In this document: positions 10,285 to 19,919 of the stretch, in pieces
Layout: each line of letters starts with the position of its first letter
How positions within the stretch are numbered: the stretch's first letter is position 1
Assembly: GCA_964291295.2 (NCBI GenBank)
Contig: OZ219754.1
Span: 672,001 to 736,000, forward strand
Direction: 5' to 3'
From: an uncultured Candidatus Binatia bacterium
GTDB taxonomy: Bacteria; Desulfobacterota; Binatia; UBA9968; JAJDTQ01
Length of the DNA stretch: 64,000 nt
Made by a program: the position numbers and the translations under genes
The notes under the pieces: model-generated
The model's database searches: none
Told to the model about the DNA's origin: nothing
Seen by the model: the letters and a program-made list of their open reading frames with translations, nothing else

Positions 10285-12474
10285 ATGAGCACGGAAAAGA
10301 TCGCGGCACTGTTGAATCCCACGAGCGTGGCCATCCTGGGGGCCAGGGAGAACCCCTCCGGATGGACGGCGCGCATCTTCGCCAACCTGGTCCGCTTCGG
10401 TTTTGACGGGCCGGTCCATCCGGTGAATCCCCGGCACGAGTCCATCTGGGGGGTGCGCTGCTTTCCCGACCTGCGCGCGCTGCCCGCGGTGCCCGACCAC
10501 CTGGTCGTGATGCGGGCGGCGGCCAGCGTCCCGGCGATCCTGCGGGAGGCCGCGTCCATGGGCACCCGGAGCGCGACCCTGTACGCCACCGGTTTCGCCG
10601 AAACCGGCACCGACGCCGGCCGCGCACTCGAAGCGGAACTGCGCGCGGCCATCGAGGAGACCGGCCTCGCCGTTTCCGGACCCAACTGTCTCGGCAATCT
10701 GTCGGCCCGCGCCCGCCTGCTGACCCTGCCGGACGACCGGGTGCGGGAACTCGTCCCCGGCCCCGTGGCCATGGTGGGTCAAAGCGGCACCACCACGCCC
10801 GGCATCGCGCGCACGCTGATGGACCGGGGCATGGACGTGAGCTACGTGATCACCAGCGGCAACGAGACCGGCCTCATCACCGCCGACTACATCCGCTACT
10901 TCGTCACCGACCCGGAGGTTCGGCTGATCTTCTGCCTGGTGGAGGCGGTGCGCCGGGCCGAGGATTTTCTCGCCGCGTGCCGCGCCGCCCGGGACGCCGG
11001 CAAGCCGGTGGTGGTGCTCAAGATGGGGGTGTCCGAAGGCGGGCGCCGCGCGGCGCTGTCCCACACCGGCTCCCTGGCCGGCCGGGTGGAGGCCTTCGAC
11101 GCCGTCGCCGGCCCGGCGGGCGTCATCCGCGTCGAGAGTGCCGACGGCGCCATCGACGTCATCGAACTGCTGCTGCATGCGGGCGCGCCGCGCGGCGAGG
11201 AAACGGGCGTGCTGGTGTCCTCCGGCGGCGTCCGCGGCCTGGTGGAGGACGCCGCCCACCGACACCGGGTGCCCTTGCCCGAGTTCGCGCCCGAAACACG
11301 CGCACGGCTCCGGGACCTTCTGGGCAAGAACCAGACCATCAGCAACCCCCTGGACGCCAACGGCTATCTCAACCGCCCGCTGCAGGAGGTGCTGAAGGTG
11401 GTGGAGGCCGTCCATGCCGACCCCGGCGTGGACATGATCGTGTTTCAGGAAGACCTGCCGCCCCACGCGGGCACCAACGACGCCAACCGCCGGCGCGCCG
11501 CGCGGGTCCTGGCAACCCTGGAGGCCATCGACCAGCGCTTCCTCGGCCCCGGCGGCAAACCTTTCGGGCTGATCTCCGCGGCATCCTGCGATCTTACGGA
11601 GTTCGGCCGCGCCGCCCGGCATCGTTTCCCCCACATGTCCTGTCTCAACGAACCCGAACGGGCGTTTCGCGCCATCCGGGCGGTACTGGACCATGGCCGG
11701 AACAGACGCGAGGTCGACGTCGCGACGGCGACCGAGGTGCCCGCCGCATGGACGGAACGCATCGCGGCGCTGCGACAGCGGGCCGAGACCGCGCACGCCG
11801 CCTTTCCCCTGAGCGAGCCCGAATCCAAGGAACTGGTGGGCGCCTTCGGGGTTCCGCTGATCGAGGAAGGACTGGCGCGCACCGAGCGGGAAGCGTGCGG
11901 CATTGCCGAGCGCCTCGGCTGGCCGGTGGTGGTCAAGGGGGTGGCTGCGGCGCTCACCCACAAGAGCGACGCCGGCGCCGTGCGCACGGGTCTGACCGGC
12001 GCCGCACAGGTGCGGCAAGCCTGCCGGGACATCGCCGGCAACGTCGCGGCCTGCGAGCCCGGCATCCGGCTGGAAGGCTGGCTGGTGGCCCGGATGGCGC
12101 CGCCGGGCCTCGAGCTCGTGCTGGGCATTCAGCAAGACCCCGAGATGGGCGCCGTGGTCATGTTCGGAGCGGGCGGCGTGTGGCTGGAGCTCGTGAGGGA
12201 CGTCGCCTTCGGACCGCCCGGAATCAACGCCGCGGCCGCCGCCCGGCTCATGGACTCCACCCGCGTCGGGCGGCTGCTGGACGGATACCGCGGCAAAGGC
12301 CCCTGGGACCGCGACGCCGTCGTCGGTGCCCTGGTGTCCCTGGGACGCCTGGCGGAAGCGGCCGGCGGGGTGATCGAGAGCCTGGACATCAATCCTTTCC
12401 TGGCACACCCCAGGGGGGCGGGTGGCCAGGCTCTGGATGCGCTGGTGGTGATCGGGCCGGGGGCAGGCCGTTGA
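10285..12474 (+). CDS. ADP-forming acyl-CoA synthetase (acetate-CoA ligase family)
   Basis: LLNPTSVAILGA, GPNCLG, SHTGSLAG phospho-His, HKSDAGAV and DINP ATP-grasp motifs. Confidence 0.9.
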   Translation: MSTEKIAALLNPTSVAILGARENPSGWTARIFANLVRFGFDGPVHPVNPRHESIWGVRCFPDLRALPAVPDHLVVMRAAASVPAILREAASMGTRSATLYATGFAETGTDAGRALEAELRAAIEETGLAVSGPNCLGNLSARARLLTLPDDRVRELVPGPVAMVGQSGTTTPGIARTLMDRGMDVSYVITSGNETGLITADYIRYFVTDPEVRLIFCLVEAVRRAEDFLAACRAARDAGKPVVVLKMGVSEGGRRAALSHTGSLAGRVEAFDAVAGPAGVIRVESADGAIDVIELLLHAGAPRGEETGVLVSSGGVRGLVEDAAHRHRVPLPEFAPETRARLRDLLGKNQTISNPLDANGYLNRPLQEVLKVVEAVHADPGVDMIVFQEDLPPHAGTNDANRRRAARVLATLEAIDQRFLGPGGKPFGLISAASCDLTEFGRAARHRFPHMSCLNEPERAFRAIRAVLDHGRNRREVDVATATEVPAAWTERIAALRQRAETAHAAFPLSEPESKELVGAFGVPLIEEGLARTEREACGIAERLGWPVVVKGVAAALTHKSDAGAVRTGLTGAAQVRQACRDIAGNVAACEPGIRLEGWLVARMAPPGLELVLGIQQDPEMGAVVMFGAGGVWLELVRDVAFGPPGINAAAAARLMDSTRVGRLLDGYRGKGPWDRDAVVGALVSLGRLAEAAGGVIESLDINPFLAHPRGAGGQALDALVVIGPGAGR

Positions 12475-12534
12475 CCTGTCGGGACGCCGGGTTCGCAACC
12501 ATGCGGCACGGATTGACACCAGAGAGGTGACGGC

Positions 12535-13668
12535 ATGGAACTCGTCCTCGACGAGGCACAGACCATTCTTCGGGAGAGCGCGGACAAGCTCGTCCAACGG
12601 CATGCCGGGCCGGCCCGCTTCCGGGAACTGCGCACGGCCGAGCACGGATTCGAACCGGCCCGGCTTGCGGTGGCGGCGGAGGCCGGCTGGCTCGCGCTGC
12701 TGGTGCCGGAGGAGCGGGACGGCCTGGGCCTGGGCGCCACCGAGGCGGCCCTGGTGCTCGAATCCGCCGGCCGGGGCCTCATGACCGAACCCCTGGCGGC
12801 GATGATGGCGGCGGCGCGGGCCATGGCCGACGGACCGGAGGCGATGGACGCGACCCTGCAAGCACTCCTGTGCGGCCGCTCCATCATACTCCCCGCACTG
12901 CACGATGCCGCCGCGGCGGAGCCGGAGGGGGGGCGCGTCCGGGCCGCGGCCGCGGGCGGCGGCTTCACCCTTGCCGGCAGCACCGGCGCGGTTCCCGGTG
13001 GCAACGCAGCGGCCGGATTCGTCGTCGAGGCCCGGGGCGATGACGGCCCGGTGGTGTGTCTGGTACCGCGCGAGGCGGCCGGGCTGGAGGTCGCGTCACG
13101 CCGGCGCGTGGACGGCACCGGCCACGCGACCCTGTCGCTGCACGATGTCGCCGTGTCCGAAAACGCATTGATCGCCAGCGGCGGGCGGGGCGCGGCGGTG
13201 GCCGCGGCCACGCTGGACCTGCTGCTGCTGGGGACGTCGGCCACCATGCTCGGCATCATGGAACAGGGGCTGGCACTGGCGCTGGACTACCTGGGAACGC
13301 GCGAGCAGTTCGGCCGGCCCATCGGCTCGTTTCAGGCGCTCCAGCACCGGGCGGTCAACGACCACGTCGCCATCGAGCTCACCCGCTCCCTGCTCTATCA
13401 GGTGTGCGCGGCCATGGACGCGGGGCGCGGCAACCACGCCATGGCGGCCGCGGTGAAGGCCCGGGCCTCGGACGCGGTGCTCTCGGTGACCCGGTCCATG
13501 GTGCAGCTGCACGGCGCCATCGGCTTCACCGACGAATACGACGCGAGCCTCTATCTGCGGCGGGCCATGGTGCTGTCGTCCGAATACGGCAACGCGGCCC
13601 GGCACCGCCGGCGTTACGCCCGGTTGTCGTCCCGGGCGGCGTCACCCCCGCGAGGCACGGGACGGTAG
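12535..13668 (+). CDS. Acyl-CoA dehydrogenase
   Basis: REQFGRPIGSFQALQH, QLHGAIGFTDEY. Confidence 0.92.
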   Translation: MELVLDEAQTILRESADKLVQRHAGPARFRELRTAEHGFEPARLAVAAEAGWLALLVPEERDGLGLGATEAALVLESAGRGLMTEPLAAMMAAARAMADGPEAMDATLQALLCGRSIILPALHDAAAAEPEGGRVRAAAAGGGFTLAGSTGAVPGGNAAAGFVVEARGDDGPVVCLVPREAAGLEVASRRRVDGTGHATLSLHDVAVSENALIASGGRGAAVAAATLDLLLLGTSATMLGIMEQGLALALDYLGTREQFGRPIGSFQALQHRAVNDHVAIELTRSLLYQVCAAMDAGRGNHAMAAAVKARASDAVLSVTRSMVQLHGAIGFTDEYDASLYLRRAMVLSSEYGNAARHRRRYARLSSRAASPPRGTGR

Positions 13669-14035
13669 AGGGGAACCCCGGCCCGGCCGCGCGGAAGCCC
13701 AGCCAACGACGAACACTGAGATCCAGGTCATCGGTCCATCGTGTTGCCTGCGCTTCCGGTCGCACAGCCCGGGGCCTTGTCCCCGGCGGCACCGGACCCG
13801 CCGTTGGCCCGAGCGGCACCGGGAGCGCATGCGAGCGGTTGCTGCTTGACACCGCATTCCGCCGACTCGGCGAGGCTCCCGCCGGCGGCCCGCGCCGCCT
13901 CTCGGAGCGGAACGGTCGCATTCCTGCGGTCGTACTCTTGACTTCGAGCCTGTCGGACTCGCCCGCACCGGCGTCGGGGCGCCCGGCTCCCGGCGCCGGG
14001 GAGCCGTTGTATCCATACCCGCCGCCGATGCCGGG

Positions 14036-15256
14036 TCAGACACGGGAGCCGGCTTGCAGCGCGTCCTCCCGGACGCGCCGCAGAAACGGCAGCGGCACCA
14101 CGATGGCCAGGGCCAGGGCGATCCAGGCCATCTCGTACGAGTCGGTGCGGTCGGCGATGAAGCCGAAGGCCGGGGGCAGTGCCACGACACCGGCAAAGGC
14201 CACGGTGTTGGTCAGGCCGATGGCGGCGCCGGCGTCGCGGGCACCCACGACCTTGGCCACCAGAGCAAGATAGAGTCCCTGCCAGCTCATGGTGCCCAGG
14301 CCCAGGAGGGACACCACCACGGCCACGGGCCACGCGGACATGCCGGGCGCCAGCAGCGCCGTGGCCACGCCGGCGCCGGCGCCCAGGAGCGCCAGCATCA
14401 CCAGAACGGGCACGCGCCGCCCGTGGAAGAGCCTGTCGCTGACGATGCCGAAGCCGATGCGGCCAACCCCGCCGCAGGCCTGCCCCGCTGCCAGCAGCGC
14501 GGCGGCGAAGACCAGCGAGAAGCGCACGTCCTCGGTGAGATACAGTTCGATGTAGCTGATGTAGCACCACTGGCATCCCGCCAGCACCGCGGCGTAGAAC
14601 GCCCCCGCCCAGATGTCCCCGCGCCGGACGATCTGCCGCAGGCCCACCGCGGGCACTGCGGCGTCCGCAACCGGCGCCCGCTCGGGTTCCCGGTAGCAAA
14701 GCAGCACCAGCGCCCCGGCGGCCACCGTGACCACGCCCACCACGGACAGGGCCGGGCGCCAGCCGTGGACCAGGCCCAGGGACGGCAGCGTGAGCGCCGC
14801 GATGGTGCCGCCCAGGGGGATGCCGGTCTGGCGGATGCCCATGGCGGTGCCGCGCTCGCGTTCGGGGAACCATCCGGCGATGGCCTTGCTGCCGGCCGGG
14901 GTGCCGGTGGCGATGGGAATTCCCAGCAGCGCGAAGAGGACCAGGAGCCCGGGAAAGTCCCGCGCCAGGAAGACCGCCAGCACCAGCACGCCGCAGGCCG
15001 CGGTGCCGTAGCCGATGATGCGCCGCTCGCCGTAGCGGTCCGCCGCCTTGCCCGCGGCCAGCACGGCGCCCACGACACCGACATTGATCATGGCAACGAG
15101 CACGCCCACCTCGGTGAGGTTCAGCGACAGCTCGTCCTGGATGAGCGGCACCAGCGTCGGGATGCCCATGTGGATGGTCGCCAGCGCGGTCTGCGCCAAC
15201 GTCGTGACGAACAGATGGAACCAGCGCCGGGGTGACGGTGAGAGAGACCGTTTCAC
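14036..15256 (-). CDS. MFS transporter
   Basis: Multiple hydrophobic segments, GKAADRYGERR motif A, WFPERERGTAMG; GTG start at 15256 chosen, uncertain. Confidence 0.88.
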   Translation of the reverse strand: MKRSLSPSPRRWFHLFVTTLAQTALATIHMGIPTLVPLIQDELSLNLTEVGVLVAMINVGVVGAVLAAGKAADRYGERRIIGYGTAACGVLVLAVFLARDFPGLLVLFALLGIPIATGTPAGSKAIAGWFPERERGTAMGIRQTGIPLGGTIAALTLPSLGLVHGWRPALSVVGVVTVAAGALVLLCYREPERAPVADAAVPAVGLRQIVRRGDIWAGAFYAAVLAGCQWCYISYIELYLTEDVRFSLVFAAALLAAGQACGGVGRIGFGIVSDRLFHGRRVPVLVMLALLGAGAGVATALLAPGMSAWPVAVVVSLLGLGTMSWQGLYLALVAKVVGARDAGAAIGLTNTVAFAGVVALPPAFGFIADRTDSYEMAWIALALAIVVPLPFLRRVREDALQAGSRV

Positions 15257-15468
15257 ATTCCCTGGGATGGCTGAAGTGAGCCGGGCTGACGGCGCCGGCA
15301 TGAACCGTCCGTGGGCGCGCCGGGGCGAGCGTGGCGCATCACGCCAGATTTGCGTCTACCCTGCCAAAGGGTTAGGGTCGTTTGTCTGAACTCCGTCAGG
15401 GAAGGGGCACACGGCGTGCCCGCGCGGCGTGCCCGCGTTGTCCCGCGGACATGGATCGACGCCCACTC

Positions 15469-16887
15469 ATGGAACCGGACATGGAACCGGAAACCGATCG
15501 GCTGCGCGAGCTTCCCTCCGTGCACCGCATCATGAACCACCCGGCCGCGGGGCCGTTGCTGGAGCGGTTCAACCGGCCGTTCGTGACCGAGACGCTGCGC
15601 AGCCTCATCGACGAGCTGCGGGGGGCCATCAGGTCCGGCCAAGCCCTTCCGCCCGACCGGCTGCAGGACGACTCTATCATAACCGACCTGGAAAGGAAGC
15701 TCGCCCGAGCCGCCCGACCGGGCATGGTCCGGGTGGTGAACGCTTCCGGAACCATCCTCCACACCAATCTGGGACGCGCGCTGCTTTCGGAAAATGCGGC
15801 CGCGGCCGTCGGACTCGCCGCCCGTTACCCCGTCAACCTGGAGTTCGACCTCCACCGGGGCAAGCGGGGAAAACGGGAGGCGGCCATCGAGTCGGCGCTC
15901 GTCGGACTGACCGGGGCGGAGGCGGCGACGGCGGTGAACAACAACGCGGCGGCCGTGCTGCTGGGTCTCAATTCCATGGCCGAAGGCAGACACGTCATCG
16001 TCTCCCGGGGCGAACTCATCGAGATCGGCGGCTCCTTCCGGCTCCCGGAGATCATGGCCAAGAGCGGCGCCATCCTCCGGGAGGTGGGCACCACCAACCG
16101 CACCCACCCCCGGGATTACGCCGAAGCCATCGACGGGAACACGGGCCTGCTGCTCAAGGTGCACACCAGCAACTACCGGGTGGCGGGCTTCGCCGCGGAG
16201 GTGGCCCTCGGGGACCTGGTGGCCATGGGCCGGGAGCGCGGGGTGCCGGTGATGGAGGATCTGGGCAGCGGCGCGCTGGTGGATCTCGCAGCCTTCGGGC
16301 TGCCGCGGGAGCCGCTGGTGGCGGAGCGGGTGGCCATGGGCGCGGACGTGGTCACCTTCAGCGGCGACAAGATCCTCGGCGGACCCCAGGCAGGGCTCGC
16401 GGCCGGCCGCAGGGCGTGGATCGAGCGCATGAACCACAACCCGCTCAAGCGCGCCCTGCGCTGCGACAAGCTGACGCTGGCCGCGCTGGAGGCGACGTTG
16501 CGAAGCTATGTCCAGTCCCCCGACCTGCGGAACGAGATCCCGGCGCTCCGGGCCTTGAGCCGCCCCCTCGACGAGATCGAGAAAAGCGGCCGGCGAGTGT
16601 TGCCGCGGCTGCGGGAACGACTGGGACCGGACTACGCGCTGGAGTTGGTGGACGCCACCTGCCAGATCGGCAGCGGCGCCCTCCCCACCGAGGAGATCCC
16701 GAGCAAGGGCATCGCCGTCCGCGGCCGCGGCATGAGCGCCGACCAGGTGGCCCGGGTCTTTCGCGGCGCCGATCCGCCCGTCATCGGCCGCATCCACGGC
16801 GACCGCTTCCTTCTCGATCTCAGAAGCGCCGGCGACCCCGAGTCCCTGGTGCCCCACCTCCGGGAACCCCGGGACCGCGGGCGGTGA
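15469..16887 (+). CDS. selA: L-seryl-tRNA(Sec) selenium transferase
   Basis: VVNASGTILHTNLGRA, SRGELIEIGGSFR, FSGDKILGGPQAG. Confidence 0.97.
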   Translation: MEPDMEPETDRLRELPSVHRIMNHPAAGPLLERFNRPFVTETLRSLIDELRGAIRSGQALPPDRLQDDSIITDLERKLARAARPGMVRVVNASGTILHTNLGRALLSENAAAAVGLAARYPVNLEFDLHRGKRGKREAAIESALVGLTGAEAATAVNNNAAAVLLGLNSMAEGRHVIVSRGELIEIGGSFRLPEIMAKSGAILREVGTTNRTHPRDYAEAIDGNTGLLLKVHTSNYRVAGFAAEVALGDLVAMGRERGVPVMEDLGSGALVDLAAFGLPREPLVAERVAMGADVVTFSGDKILGGPQAGLAAGRRAWIERMNHNPLKRALRCDKLTLAALEATLRSYVQSPDLRNEIPALRALSRPLDEIEKSGRRVLPRLRERLGPDYALELVDATCQIGSGALPTEEIPSKGIAVRGRGMSADQVARVFRGADPPVIGRIHGDRFLLDLRSAGDPESLVPHLREPRDRGR

Positions 16888-16914
16888 CGCTGGCGCTCGC
16901 CTCCCCACCACGCC

Positions 16915-18825
16915 ATGCCGTACATCATCGGAACCGCCGGCCACATCGACCACGGGAAGACGAGCCTCATCAAGGCCCTCACCGGCAAGGACACCGACCG
17001 CCTCAAGGAAGAGAAGGAGCGCGGCATCTCCATCGACCTGGGGTTCGCCCACCTGCCGCTTCCGGACGGCAGCGAGGCGGGCATCGTCGACGTGCCCGGC
17101 CACGAACGCTTCATCCGCAACATGCTGGCCGGCGCCCACGGCATCGACCTCGTGCTGTTCACGGTGGCCGCGGACGACGGCGTGATGCCGCAGACCGAGG
17201 AACACCTGGACATCGTCCATCTGCTGGGCGTGCGCAGCGCCCTGTTCGTGGTCACCAAGGTGGACCTGGTGCCGGCGGCGCGGGTGCGGGAAGTGGAGGA
17301 GGAGATCGAGATCCTGACCTTCGAGACGGCGCTGGAAGGCTCGCCGGTGGCGCACTTCTCGGCGGTTTCGGGGGAAGGGCTGGAACAGGTCCGAAGCGGC
17401 ATCTTCGACTCGCTGGCAGGCATCCACCGGCCGGCTCCCAGCGGCTTCTTCCGGCTGCCGGTGGACCGGATGTTCGTGCTCCAGGGACATGGGGTCATCG
17501 TCACCGGAACCGGACTGGCCGGCGAGGTGCGCACCGGCGACCACGTCCAGGCGGTGCCGGGCGGCCAGAAGTTCCGCGTGCGCAGCATCCAGGTCCACGG
17601 CCAGTCGGTGGAGTCCGCCGGCTGGGGCCAGCGCGTGGCCCTCAATCTCACCGGCCAGGAGCGCGGCGCGCTGGAGCGCGGCCACATGATCTGCCACCAG
17701 GAACTGACCCTGGCGTCGGTGCGGTTCGACGCGCACCTGGAAGTGCGGCCCGCGGCCGCCAAGGGGATACGGAACCACCAGCGGGTGCGGATTCACCTGG
17801 GCACGGCCGAGCGCATGAGCAAGCTGATCCTGCTGGGAGACGCCGAGAAGGTGGAGCCCCGGGAAAAGGCCTACTGCCAGGTGCTGCTGACCGAGCCGCT
17901 GCTGGTCATGCGCGGCGACCACTTCATCGTGCGCGACGAGACCGCGCAACGGACCTTGGGCGGCGGCGAGGTCATCGACCCCCGGGCGCCCCGGCACCGG
18001 CGCCGGGAGAAGGACGTCGCGCAGCGCCTGCGCATCCTGCGGGAGGGCGATACGCCCGCCATGATCCGCAGCTTCCTGGACGGGGACGAGACCTTGGCCA
18101 CCGGGGTCGATTCCATCTGCCAGTTCCTCAACCTCAGGAAAGAGGCGGCGCGAAGCTGGCTGGAACGGACCGAGGGGCTCCGCGCCTTCGATTCCGAGAG
18201 GGAGCGGGTCTATACGACGGAACGGAAGTGGAACGGATTCCGGGAGCGGCTTCGCGCCACCCTGGAGGCCCACCACGAGCGCCATCCGCTGGCGCCGGGA
18301 ATGGATCTCGAAGAGATGCGGGCGAGACTCGCCGGCCGCTTGTCGGTGCGGCTGTTCCGCGACCTGGCGGACCTCCTGGCAGCCGAGGGCGTGTGCGTCC
18401 GGGAAGGCAACCACTTGCGGCTGCCCGGGCACCGGGTGGAGATGAGCGCCCGGGAGAAGACGCTGTCCGGAAAGATCCACGCGGCGCTGGCCAGAACTCC
18501 GCTGGCCCCGCCCTACCTGAAGGAGATGGAGAAGGCCCTGGGGGTGGAGCGGCCGAAACTCAACGAGGTCATCCGGGTCATGGAACGGCAGGGAGAGATC
18601 GTCCGGGTGACCACCGAACTGTACTACCTCAAGGATTCCATTGACAGGATCAGGACCGATTTATATAGCTATTTCAAGGATCACGAGGAGATGAGCGCGG
18701 CCACCTTCAGGGATCTCCTTCAGTCGAGCCGCAAGTACACCATTCCCGTCCTGGAGCATTTCGACCGCACCGGCGTCACCATGCGGGTGGGAGATGTGCG
18801 AAAGCTCAAGGCGGGAAGAAACTGA
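16915..18825 (+). CDS. selB: Selenocysteine-specific elongation factor
   Basis: GTAGHIDHGKT, EKERGISIDLGFA, C-terminal SRKYTIPVLEHFD winged-helix motif. Confidence 0.97.
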   Translation: MPYIIGTAGHIDHGKTSLIKALTGKDTDRLKEEKERGISIDLGFAHLPLPDGSEAGIVDVPGHERFIRNMLAGAHGIDLVLFTVAADDGVMPQTEEHLDIVHLLGVRSALFVVTKVDLVPAARVREVEEEIEILTFETALEGSPVAHFSAVSGEGLEQVRSGIFDSLAGIHRPAPSGFFRLPVDRMFVLQGHGVIVTGTGLAGEVRTGDHVQAVPGGQKFRVRSIQVHGQSVESAGWGQRVALNLTGQERGALERGHMICHQELTLASVRFDAHLEVRPAAAKGIRNHQRVRIHLGTAERMSKLILLGDAEKVEPREKAYCQVLLTEPLLVMRGDHFIVRDETAQRTLGGGEVIDPRAPRHRRREKDVAQRLRILREGDTPAMIRSFLDGDETLATGVDSICQFLNLRKEAARSWLERTEGLRAFDSERERVYTTERKWNGFRERLRATLEAHHERHPLAPGMDLEEMRARLAGRLSVRLFRDLADLLAAEGVCVREGNHLRLPGHRVEMSAREKTLSGKIHAALARTPLAPPYLKEMEKALGVERPKLNEVIRVMERQGEIVRVTTELYYLKDSIDRIRTDLYSYFKDHEEMSAATFRDLLQSSRKYTIPVLEHFDRTGVTMRVGDVRKLKAGRN

Positions 18826-18865
18826 TGGCCCCCCAACCCGGACCCGCGGTCCGAAGGAGCCAGCC

Positions 18866-19912
18866 ATGAACATGGAAGCCATCCGGCTGACCCAGGAAGT
18901 CAAGGCCGCCGGCTGAGCGGCCAAGCTCGGCCCCGCCGACCTGGTGCAGGTCCTGCACCGACTTCCCCGATTCGCATCCCCCGAGCTGCTGGTAGGCACC
19001 GAGACGGCCGACGACGCCGGCGTTTACCAGTTGCGTCCCGACCTGGCCATCGTCAACACCGTGGACTTCTTCACGCCCATCGTCGACGACCCCTGCATGT
19101 TCGGCCAGATCGCTGCCGCCAACTCCCTCAGCGACGTGTACGCCATGGGCGGCGAGCCCGTCACGGCCCTCAACATCGTCTGCTTCCCCAAGGGCAAGAT
19201 GGACATCGAGGTCCTGGGCGAAGTGCTGCGAGGCGGTGCCGACAAGGTGATGGAGTCCGGCGCGGTCATCGCCGGCGGCCACTCCATCATCGACGAAGAG
19301 ATCAAGTACGGCCTGGCCGTCACCGGCACGGTCCACCCCGACGGCGTCCTGCGCAACGTCGGCGCCCTTGAGGGCGACGTGCTGATCCTCACCAAGCCCT
19401 TGGGAACCGGCATCGCCACCACCGCCCTCAAGCGCGGCAATGCCTCCAGGGCGAGCATCGACCATGCGGTGGCGTCCATGGCGACGCTCAACAAATACGC
19501 CGCCGCGGTCATGAAGGACTACGATATCCACGCCTGCTCCGACATCACCGGCTACGGCCTGCTGGGCCACGGCCTGGAGATGACCGGCGACGGCCGCATC
19601 AGCATCGTCTTCGAGTCCGCCCGGCTGCCGATATTTCAGGACATCGCCGAACTCGCCGCGGCCGGCAACCTTACCGGAGGTTGCAAGCGCAACCGCGAGT
19701 ACCTCCACGACAAGATGGTCATCGACAGCGGCGTCTCCGACGCCCTGGCCGAGATCGCCCTCGATCCCCAGACCTCCGGCGGCCTGCTCATGGCCGTGGC
19801 CGAGAAGGACGGCGAACGGCTGGTCCGCGCACTCGCGGACCGCAACGTCCCGGCGGCGGCCATCGTTGGACACGTCACCGGACGGGAGGCGTATGGGGTA
19901 CGGCTGGCGTAA
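18866..19912 (+). CDS. selD: Selenophosphate synthetase, selenocysteine-containing (UGA at 18914-18916)
   Basis: AAGGAG RBS; MNMEAIRLTQEVKAAG-UGA-AAKLGPADL in frame with ORF 18944..19912; DDAGVY, TVDFFTPIVDDP, DPQTSGGLL. Confidence 0.95.
18917..18960 (+). promoter_or_regulatory. Putative bacterial SECIS element
   Basis: Hairpin GGTGCAG-GTC-CTGCACC at 18943-18959 downstream of the UGA; smaller alternative hairpin TCGG-CCCCG-CCGA nearer the UGA. Confidence 0.55.
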
Positions 19913-19919
19913 GGCGGGT

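Noticed and set aside
18944-19912. SelD starting at GTG 18944, or selD as a pseudogene
   Set aside because: This would omit the catalytic N-terminus; Sec read-through from 18866 fits the RBS, motif and selAB context.
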